Source: Folioceros fuciformis
Taxonomy: Eukaryota
NCBI GenBank assembly: GCA_049999805.1
Contig: JBNGIO010005744.1
Span: 32,804 to 81,790, forward strand
Reading direction: 5' to 3'
DNA: 48,987 bases
Below, one piece after another: positions 12,851 to 22,945 of this stretch (the first letter of the stretch is position 1; each line of letters opens with the position of its first letter). The translations under genes and the position numbers were made by a program. A model generated the notes under the pieces. The model saw nothing but the letters and a program-made list of their open reading frames with translations. It was not told where the DNA came from and did no database searches.

Positions 12851-13549
12851 TGACCACTGCTATTCAGAAAGGTATCTAGATTGGGATCCTTAAGGGTCTG
12901 TCCTAACCCATAGCTTCAGTGAGCTACCGAGTGTCGTTCACTTGCATTTCCTAATTGAACGGTGATTTCCAAAAGACTATAAAATATTTTAAGTAGGAAA
13001 AAAATTATTTACGGATTTCCTGGTCACTATAATTCGTCTAGGATTTATTGATGGGCTACCTTGATCTAGTGAGGCCCACCACTTAATCTCTCCCTCTCCG
13101 TTGCCAACAACGAAGGGGAGAGAGACTGATGGTATGTGGCGCCCAGGGGCTGATGCCATGCCTCATGTCTATGAAAACATTGTCGTGCATGAATTAATCC
13201 ACAAGCATGCACACAAAAAGAGTTAGTTATTCAAGAGCAAGGTTCGCTATACATATTCTCTTAGGCACAAGCAGTTGTAACTGCTATGATAAACCTAACT
13301 ACCTAAGGTACAACCCTAAGAGTATAGGCAATGTACTAACAACTAGTATTTACTTGGTTAACAATCTATGAGCACGAGCTCATAACCTGCATGTCAGAAA
13401 TTGTAGAGGTGAAATAATCTTAAAATATGTTTTTATTTGAAATAGAAAGTAAGCATTATTTTTTGTGGGTTCACTAACAATGAACTCGATTAAGAAATAC
13501 CTTCATGTACTCAATTAGGCACTACCTTTATGTTCTAAACACCGAATTA

Positions 13550-13660
13550 TGACTTGCAATGGCAACTAAGATGGATATTGAAGATCTTCCCTAAGATTGG
13601 GAGGTGCAAGAGCCACTAGGTGGCTTGTTCGACACGAAACATCTAAAGTTTTCCACCCAC
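13550..13660 (+). mobile_element. Possible decayed hAT transposase fragment
   Basis: Frameshifted AMATKMDIEDLP..ARATRWLVRHET resembles the hAT TRW motif region. AT-rich, stop-ridden context. Confidence 0.3.
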
Positions 13661-13983
13661 TAGGTATGAGGTCGCTTCTAAGGATTGTGTGTCAGCCATC
13701 TTTAGATTTACTAGTATTTCATGCAACAAGGTGTCTGGCTTGAGGTTAGGAGAAGGCAAGAATGCACAAATCGCCACATACTTTGGGAAGGACATGAATA
13801 AGAAGCAAGTTACCGCTAACAACAACCTTAAAACTAATGTTTGGGCTTATTTGTACGATACGAAATGCTAGTGTGTATTTGGAAAAGCTTATCTTCATGA
13901 TGATAATGCAATAAAGCAGTTTTCAAGCAATGTAAGAAAATAGAGAACTAAGACTTTGAGAGGTTAGAGTATCAAACATGGTT

Positions 13984-14331
13984 GTCAATACCACTTTGGT
14001 ATGAAGTAGCTTGTTATCTGATCAAGGGGTATTTTCTATGATTGAAAAAGAGATAGAAAGTCCCATCTACTCCAAAGATTGGAGGAACAACCCCATTAGG
14101 ACCAAAGGCAAAAGGAGGTACTCTCCCCTACGAATATCATTTTCAAAAACTACCTACTACTCCCAAAATGCCATGATGTGGAATAACAAAAGGCCTACCT
14201 ACCACCTGTGCCGTTATCTAATCAATACCGCTTTGATATGAAGCAACTTGTTATTCGATCAATACCAGTTTGATATGAAGTAGCTTGTTATTTGATCAAT
14301 ACCACTTTGATATGAAGCAGCTTATTATCCA
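13984..14331. repeat. 37-bp repeat: one copy at 13984-14020 and three tandem copies at 14221-14331
   Basis: Unit ATCAATACCACTTTGATATGAAGYARCTTGTTATYYG. The intervening ~200 bp is homologous to 21365-21525. Confidence 0.85.
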
Positions 14332-15176
14332 ACCACAACTTGCAGTTGTACTTTGTGAGATGATGGTGCGGCTCCATAAGCTACAAGAACTGAGAAGACA
14401 CCTACACACCACACTACAAGTGTGGGTGTAAGTCTTCTCGAAGTCTCGCTAGCTGATGTGCAAAACCCCAATTACAATTGTGTAGATAACTATGCTTAAC
14501 ACAATTTATTGTGCGTAGAGACATGAAGTAGCTGAAAGCATTCGAAATAGCGCTTCGGAGAAATGCATGTTGCATGGAAGAGAAGACACGGAATGTAGCA
14601 AAACGTGGTAGGCACAAGTAATGTGGATGACCAAGCTAAAGTAGTCTAGTACCAGGTTTTAGAAGCGATGGGGAAGCCTGGTGCATAGAACTCCTATGGT
14701 AAGTGAAGACCCTAAGTGCCGCAAAGGCCTCTACGCATATCATTCTATTTCATATACACTAATTTTATTCTATCATCAATCATGATTGGATCATACTATG
14801 TTTTGAATCAACTAATGGGAAGGAACACTTGTCACTTCGGCTAATTTACTGGCCACATTATTGCTTCTCTTGTCAACGCTGTCATCCTGTATATGGCATT
14901 AGTCAACGCTCGTTGTAGAGCAATGGAAACCATGTGCTGCAAAAAGTAGAGCAATATAAACCCTCTGTTGAAAAAACGGTACAATATACAAAAGAGGAAG
15001 ACCAAGCCCATTTTTCCGGTTATAAACCACCTTGACCCAAAACGTCAAAAACTTGAAAAATGCGTTGCACATGGCCCGGAGGGCTCAATGGTAAAAGGTG
15101 CGTCCAGCCTGTAGAGGGGTGTACTTGTGAACCTTGGCCGATGCACTCCCCTCCGTCGCCCAACACGGGGATTTGA

Positions 15177-15429
15177 GGACAACATGTTCATAGACTGAAA
15201 CTCGGGACAACATGCTCATAGACCGCAACTCGTGTAGGATCAATTATGACCCGATTAGCAATAAAAACTTTTTGGTCTTCCCAGATGAGGAAGCAAGGGC
15301 TTCTTCTTCGTAAGGATCTGCACTAAGCTTTCGAAAGGAAGGTAATAGGCAAAGCCGACATCATAGAATCCTTTGCACTAAGCTTTCGAAAGGAAGGTAA
15401 TAAGCAAAGCCGACAGTCATAGAATCCTT
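15177..15429. repeat. Two local tandem duplications (~27 bp x2 at 15177-15231; 55 bp x2 at 15319-15429)
   Basis: GGACAACATGYTCATAGAC.. occurs twice; TGCACTAAGCTTTCGAAAGGAAGGTAATARGCAAAGCCGACA.. occurs twice. Confidence 0.85.
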
Positions 15430-15846
15430 GGCAAACGGCAGTCTTGGAGGGTGCGCCTCATACAAGGCGAGGAGGTGCATAACCGGAAGGGTTCCTCATA
15501 CTCTAAATTCCTCATTCATGAGCACTTCTGGCAGTCGTGGAACCCGACCTTCCCTCTCGACCCCTCGGGTGGGGATTTATTAAGACGTTCGAGGCGAGCT
15601 CGATTCCGATTCGTCGGATATTCATTTGTAGAGGGAGCCGGCGTCGATCAACTAAAATTTCAACTCGAGACAGCAAACGAGGGCTTGCCCTACGTCCACA
15701 CGACTCAGCCTTCCATTGCAGTTTATTCAAGAGTATGAAACAACGGATTAGCTATCCCATGTTCAAATAACATGAGGCCGTTCCTAGTTAATTGTTCCCA
15801 CAAATCTGCCAAAATTTCATCCAGCAAGTGGAATCCCCTACACCCT

Positions 15847-16698
<852 letters not shown>

Positions 16699-16935
16699 CT
16701 TGTCTTGTTGCTGCCACGAACTCGGAGCCGCTGCAGATTTGAGAACGCACCGGGCACCGTAGCTAGAAGCAGCATAAATTGTAGCTGAAAGAAGCCTAAA
16801 TATATACGAGACAACCCTACCGGCGAGGGACTTGCTCTTCTGGGATAACCAAGGTATGCCAAAAGGGGGGGAAATATTAGCTTCACACCTAAAGACATAT
16901 TTAGCAGTACCGACGACTTTTTTCTCGATCTTCTA

Positions 16936-16974
16936 TTAGGGTTTGTGAAGTTCGGCCTCGTCTCATTAGGGTTT
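16936..16974. promoter_or_regulatory. Two telo-boxes in the divergent RPS18-B/SCAI intergenic region
   Basis: TTAGGGTTT at 16936-16944 and 16966-16974, within the 356 bp between the two start codons. Confidence 0.6.
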
Positions 16975-17054
16975 CCAAAACACCAGAGTTTCTATTGTTG
17001 TCAGAAACAAGACGAAGGTATAGTAACGATTTGGAAGGTCAGTCGAGTGAGGAT

Positions 17055-18980
17055 ATGGCGTATCCTGCGGGAGCTTCTGGCATCACACCAATAGAGGAGT
17101 ACCGCGCCCTCGTGGACAAGGCCTATAACAAGTTCTCTCGGCTGCGGGAGTTTCCTCCTTATGGGAGGAACAAATGGGAGTTCTATTTTCACAAGGCCTT
17201 TCAAATCTACTCCAGGCTATGGAGATTCCAGCAAGAGAACCGGCAGAAGCTGGTGGACTCTGGGTTGAAGAGGTGGGAGATAGGCGAGATTGCTTCTCGG
17301 ATCGGGCAGCTTTACCACAGCTATTATTTGCGGACTAGCGAATCTACTTTCCTGTCCGAGTCCTACATCTTTTACGAGGCTATTTTACATCGAGAGTACT
17401 TCAAGGAGACCGGGAAAGATGTGACATTGGCCAACAAGCAGCTGCGTTATTATGCCCGCTTCATCGTCATATGCTTGTTGTTGAACAAGCGGGATGTTGT
17501 GCAGAATCTGGTGAAGCAGCTGCGCAGTCTGGTGGAGGAGTACTCTACCGCCTTTCAGGGTAGCGAGAGTAAGGAGTGGAAGATCGTGTATCAGGAGATT
17601 GCCAGGTTTTTGAAGGCCGATGCTCCGTGTGAGAATACTCGGCCTTTGCGGTATAGTTTGTTGCTGGACCCGCACCCAAGCTCGTGGCCGTTGCCTGTGA
17701 GCTTGGAAGGTGTGGAGCCGTTGAAGTTGCAGGATGCCGTTCTTGCTAGCTATTATCATAATGAGGTGAGGTTCAGTGAGCTGACGCTGGATACCTTCAG
17801 GATGCTACAGGCCATAGAATGGGAGCCGAGTGGCGCGTTCTATCGGATGAAGAACTTGGACGTGGTTAATGCTGCAGCTGCGAATGGGGCGTTGCCTCCT
17901 CCACACAGGGTGGATGACATAATTGATCCCAGCGTGCCTGCCAATCCGCACAAGTATATTCTCTACCGTCCGACTGTACCACAGCTACTCATTGTACTAG
18001 CAACAGCTGTGGAGGAGCTCTCGTCCAATTCTATCCTCCTCCTCTACTTGTCGGCTTCTGGAAAGGCAGCGAAAGGGTCTGCTTCGCACCAGGTCTCTTT
18101 TTCGAACTCTTCAAGTAGCTTGAGTAATTTATCACAAGATATTGTTGCTGAGGAGGTTGTGGTTGAGCGGAAGGAAGTGGTTGAGAACAGGGATTGCCAC
18201 GTGAAGGGAGCTGCTGCGGGCGGTTTGGTTGACGGGATATGGTTGGGATCACGTAGAAATCCTTCCCTGAACTATCTGTACCCCAGTGATATTCTCCCCT
18301 TCACAAGGAGGCCCCTGTTTATCATCATCGACAGTGATAACAGTTCTGCTTTTGAGAAAATCATCGGCTCGGAGAGGGGAGAGCCGGCCTTGCTACTACT
18401 GTCTCCTACCATCCAACCTTCTGATGATAGAGGATCATTAGCATCGTCACTTGGGAGCGGGAGTCTGTTCACCTTCTTCCTCTCTGCACCTCTGCTCGCG
18501 TTCTTACGGCTTCTTGGCGTCTCTGTCAGTCAATTGTCACAGGCCACATACGAACAATTGGAGAAGACTATGCAATCTGTGTTTGCAGAGTGGGGAGAGA
18601 TTCTTGCAACGTCGACAAGCATCAATATCCTGTGGGCTCGTGTCCTGCCAGACCCTTTCCTCAGGCAACTTGTTCTCAGGTTTGTCTTCTGTCGGGCTTG
18701 TTTTTCCCTGCATTCTAGTTCTCGGGACGGACCTGAATACGGTCCTCGATGCCTGCCACCATTGCCGGAGGAGTTGATACCTCGGTCGAATGCTGTGGAA
18801 GCTGGCTTGTTGGAACTATCCCAGAGTCTTGGTATGGCAGAGCAATTCATTTTTTCTGCGGCCACAGAGGCAGATCCAGTACCGGGCCAAGCTGTAACAA
18901 GCAATGGAAGTGTGGCAGAGGACCAGATGATTGATACCAAGTTTTCTGATCTTGGAGTAAGCGGGAAGGACGAAAGATAG
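17055..18980 (+). CDS. SCAI-like protein (641 aa), uninterrupted ORF
   Basis: LWRFQQENRQKL, GLKRWEIGEIASRIGQLYHSYYLRTSE, KQLRYYARF, FSELTLDTFRMLQAIEWEP, NPHKYILYRPT, LPFTRRPLFIIIDSDNS. First ATG at 17055. Confidence 0.92.
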   Translation: MAYPAGASGITPIEEYRALVDKAYNKFSRLREFPPYGRNKWEFYFHKAFQIYSRLWRFQQENRQKLVDSGLKRWEIGEIASRIGQLYHSYYLRTSESTFLSESYIFYEAILHREYFKETGKDVTLANKQLRYYARFIVICLLLNKRDVVQNLVKQLRSLVEEYSTAFQGSESKEWKIVYQEIARFLKADAPCENTRPLRYSLLLDPHPSSWPLPVSLEGVEPLKLQDAVLASYYHNEVRFSELTLDTFRMLQAIEWEPSGAFYRMKNLDVVNAAAANGALPPPHRVDDIIDPSVPANPHKYILYRPTVPQLLIVLATAVEELSSNSILLLYLSASGKAAKGSASHQVSFSNSSSSLSNLSQDIVAEEVVVERKEVVENRDCHVKGAAAGGLVDGIWLGSRRNPSLNYLYPSDILPFTRRPLFIIIDSDNSSAFEKIIGSERGEPALLLLSPTIQPSDDRGSLASSLGSGSLFTFFLSAPLLAFLRLLGVSVSQLSQATYEQLEKTMQSVFAEWGEILATSTSINILWARVLPDPFLRQLVLRFVFCRACFSLHSSSRDGPEYGPRCLPPLPEELIPRSNAVEAGLLELSQSLGMAEQFIFSAATEADPVPGQAVTSNGSVAEDQMIDTKFSDLGVSGKDER

Positions 18981-19754
18981 CAATGCTGCCTCCGGCCTTT
19001 CTCGTAACTCGAATTACCATCCATTGTCAAGATATCTCAGATTCGCGGGGCCTCTAGGACAGCTGTGCTTGAGATAGTGATAAGCGCATTATCCTCTACT
19101 GGACTGCACAAGCGCACGACTCTGTTGATTTCAAGCAAGGCAGCAAGTTTCCGGGAGGTGTGATATGGGTTGTCCATGCTGGATTGGTCGCCCGTGGGTT
19201 TGGTAAAGCCACTCTTGGGTTTGTCCTAGTTCACTCTGTAAGGCTGGGCAGAATATGAAGCGAAACAAGGCTGGAGCTCTAGTTCCGGAATATATGTTTC
19301 ATAACCAGGCGGAGCCACGCATAGATTTGGATGTGGTGAACACCCTCGTCCCTTACAACTGGTACCATATCATTTTCAGCAGGATTGCTAGCTGTAGGCC
19401 GGCAACACAATTGTTTGGACACAATGTAACAAAATTATTGACAGGTAGGGCGAAATTTATAGCTACTAGGCACCAGGACAGTCTGCAAACCTCTCCACAT
19501 GAAAACACTTAAGCTATTTTTATATATGTACTTAATAATATAATTATATATTTTATTATTCTTTGAATCTATAAATTTATAACTTAATCTATTAAACTTA
19601 AATTATCCCATAATGAATCTGATTGTGGAATTGAATCTTATGTTATGAATTGAGGACTGTAAACCTTTAATCCTATAATGTCATCATAAGAATTGAGGAC
19701 CATGATATTATGAGAAGAAGAAGTATGATATTATGAGAAGGAACCTCATCAACC

Positions 19755-20045
19755 CTAAACCTGAGGATTATAAGCTCATCAAACAAGGAACTGAAAGCCA
19801 TAACCTAATTAGAACATGGAATAGAAGACTATAACCTCATCCAAAGAAGAAAGCAAGACTAAAACCTTGTCGAAAGAAGGAACTAAGGACTAAAACTACA
19901 TCAAACAAAGGAACTAAGGACTATAACTGCATGAAACGAAAGAACTAAGGACTATAACTGCATCACACAAAGGAACTAAGGACTATAAGTCTCTAACCTC
20001 TTCAAAAGAAGGAACCAAGGACTAAAACCTCATCTGAAGAACTAA
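19755..20045. repeat. Degenerate ~31-bp tandem minisatellite (about 9 copies)
   Basis: GGAACTAAGGACTATAACTRCATCAAACAAA-like units start at 19879, 19910, 19941 and 19972, with more diverged copies on both sides. Confidence 0.8.
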
Positions 20046-20386
20046 AAAAGGATTTCCACTATCTTAAGAGGAACAACTTTCTTTCAATATGTTGAGGATG
20101 GATTTCCATAGTGACATTCATGGGTTACCCAGAGGCTATTGTGACCCATTGCTACCATGTAGAGCTATTATAAATCTCATTTAGCGTCATCTAGGGTTTA
20201 GGGCGTCTACACCCTAAGACGTTTACACCCTAAGACGACTTTCATGTAGGGCTATTGTTGTTCTATAAACCTCAGATAAGAAACATGCAATCCACCACAA
20301 TAGCCTCAAGACCTGTAAACTGATTCACACCATGTTGTCCGGAATGGCCCTTGGCCTGTGTCAGAGACAAGGATTCAAAATCAATA

Positions 20387-20665
20387 GGTCACTATAACAC
20401 TTGATGTAAGATGCAAGCACCTTAAAGGCAGACTATATCTTCTTTCTAGTTCGCTACTCCAATCTAGAAAGAGAAAAGAACATAAGAAACCCTACTCAAT
20501 TGATAAACTCTTTGTTAGAGACGAGAATTCACAAGCAACTGGTCACTATTACACTATGATGTAAGATGCAAGCACCTTAAAAGCACGCATATCTTATTTT
20601 TAGCTTGCTACTACATTCTAAGTAAGATAACAGAACCTAAGAAATCCTACCCAATTGAGAAACTT
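20387..20665. repeat. Diverged direct duplication, 154-bp period
   Basis: GGTCACTAT..GATGTAAGATGCAAGCACCTTAAA..CAATTGA.AAACT at 20387 and 20541. Confidence 0.8.
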
Positions 20666-20926
20666 CATACTAGCAAAAACTCAAGCTTCATGGGCTAGCC
20701 CTGTGGAGCAGTCATCACTCGTGCAAATCAAGATTTTTTATCATGGTATTGTGATGAGATATTTCTCAATCTTGTAGATGAATTGTATGATGAAATTGCA
20801 CGAAAGATATATTATTCCTACTACAGTAAGATGTTATTTAAAGCAAACAAATTAGACCATCAAAACTACATCCCACTACATTATTCACCATTTCCCTAAT
20901 CTTGGACTATCATGATCTTGGGCTCA

Positions 20927-21224
20927 ATGAATTGCATTGAAAGCATGTTTGTTCATAGAATTGGACTTGATGTTTCATGTGTCATTGCACTATTTACAGC
21001 GACTTTTCTTCCCATATTGCCCGCAAAATTTTACACCAAACTATTTTAGTCTTAACATCGTATTAAATCCTTGAATACTTTTCTGGATATGACTCCTGCC
21101 ACTTCTCCGATTGTTAAGTTGTGTTTGCTTTAGCTTCCTTATTTTTAAAGTCCTCCACATTCTCTGACACTTCATCTGTAGGCCTCTTTCCAAGCCACTC
21201 ATAAAGACTTGATTGCTTAGACAT
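20927..21224 (-). mobile_element. Decayed hAT-like transposase N-terminus (TTF-type zinc finger remnant)
   Basis: MSKQSSLYEWLGKRP.., EKWQESYPEKYSRI*YDVKTKIVWCKI/CGQY (frameshift), NIKSNSMNKHAFNAIH: a W..Y....CxxC...H....H layout. Confidence 0.55.
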
Positions 21225-21463
21225 CCGTATAATCGACGGATTTGGCAGCTACTCACATGTAGCAACCTAAGATGAAATGTAGCACACATGGGAAGCAGAA
21301 AGCATGTAGACACACATACTTGAACTTGTAATCTTAATCTACATCTATAGAATTATTTTCCATTATTGAAAAAGAAATGGTCCTATCTACTCCAAAGATT
21401 GGAGGAACACCCTGAGCATGGCCAAAGTCAAAAAAGGTACTAGTCTCTTTTGAACATCATTCT

Positions 21464-21803
21464 CAAAAATTACTTACTACTCCTAAAGTGTCATGATGTG
21501 GAATGATAAGAGGCCTACCTATTGGTACCAAAAATTACTTACTACTCCTAAAGTGTCATGATGTGGAATGATAAGAAGCCTACCTATTGGTACCAAAAAT
21601 TACTTACTACTCCTAAAGTGTCATGATGTGGAATGATAAGAGGCCTAAGAAGCCTACCTATTGGTACCAAAAATTACTTACTACTCCTAAAGTGTCATGA
21701 TGTGGAATGATAAGAAGCCTACCTATTGGTACCAAAAATTACTTACTACTCCTAAAGTGTCATGATGTGGAATGATAAGAGGCCTACCTATTGGTACCAA
21801 AAA
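21464..21803. repeat. 65-bp tandem repeat, five nearly identical copies
   Basis: Units start at 21464, 21529, 21594 (74 bp), 21668 and 21733. Confidence 0.95.
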
Positions 21804-22945
21804 GAGTTGCTTAACCTGCACTTATTGTTGTTATAAAAGTCGTGTTGGCCAATGCTTTTTGCAAAGCAATAGATATGCATGTTTGTTTACCTTGCACTGG
21901 TGGAAGATCCTAACCCGTGCTAATATAATTATTTTAATAATCATCAATAATAGATAACCATTCGAACCACTCTATTCTAAAAATCTTCTGTACCTTCTAT
22001 GTGGGGTTCACCTCTTTCCCCGGATGGACTTTTCCATCCTATTTTTCTCAAGATACAAAGATATAATAAAAATAAAAAAATAAAAGTGAAGAAGTTAGAC
22101 ATGGCTGAAGTAGGGTCAACCAGCTGAAGGACGACAAGCGATAAAACTATTTAGGGACACGGGATGCTACATGTACCTCATATTAGAAATTTGATAGTTA
22201 TGCGACATACCCAGGGGAGACAGATTTTTGAAACTCGCCGAGTCGGTATGGCGGTAGAAGGAAGGGAGGCTGCGTGCAGCAGCAACTCAATTGGCCCTTC
22301 CTCCGACCCCACATCCCTTGGAAGCATTCCGGCCTCACTTTTCTTGGCTTGGGTGGAAAGGTGAGGGCATCGTGTGGCGCAGCAGGTTTGCCCTAATCAG
22401 CCCGCCGGTGCACAGCCCTTCAGTCATTTGTCCGCTGACGACAGTTGTGGATTCCAGGTGAGCTACAACGCTCAGTAAACGATCTCCACATCCACTGAGG
22501 AACACAGGCTCGTGTCTGTGCAACCTGCCGAGCACTTCCACAATGTTACCTTTCCTGCAAGAAAGAATCCATAACAATCGGTGACGTTAGACTGATGACA
22601 ATCTTTAAGGCCACAGCGATGAAAAAATTGACAAGAAATCTTGAAGGCAGCAGCGATGAATGCTCAGTGGTCCAAAACCTGAAGTTAGGATCACTTGTCT
22701 CATGGCAGGTTACTCCAGCTTGACGGATCGCATGGGGTTCACTGTCCATCCAGCTTGGTCCTGGACGAGTGGCATGTTGCACGCCATAGTAAACTGTGGT
22801 CCGTAGAAGGAAATGGACAGGGCATGTTAGGGTTCGGAACAGGTGGCACGGCGGGACGTTTGGTACGAGGCGGAACTGTAAGGGCGAGTAAGTGCAGAAA
22901 GCGTACCCGTTCTGTTGAATCAGATTGAGATGGGTTGGTTTGGTA

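Noticed and set aside
13984-14331. 37-bp repeats as a CRISPR-like array
   Set aside because: Three copies are directly adjacent with no spacers; eukaryotic context and no cas genes.
15073-15150. tRNA/SINE-like start (GCTCAATGGTA A-box)
   Set aside because: No GTTCRA B-box or cloverleaf.
21464-21803. 65-bp array as CRISPR
   Set aside because: Whole units repeat with no unique spacers.
22242-22307. Hairpin as a miRNA precursor
   Set aside because: Pairing is fragmentary with large bulges; no ~21-nt duplex.
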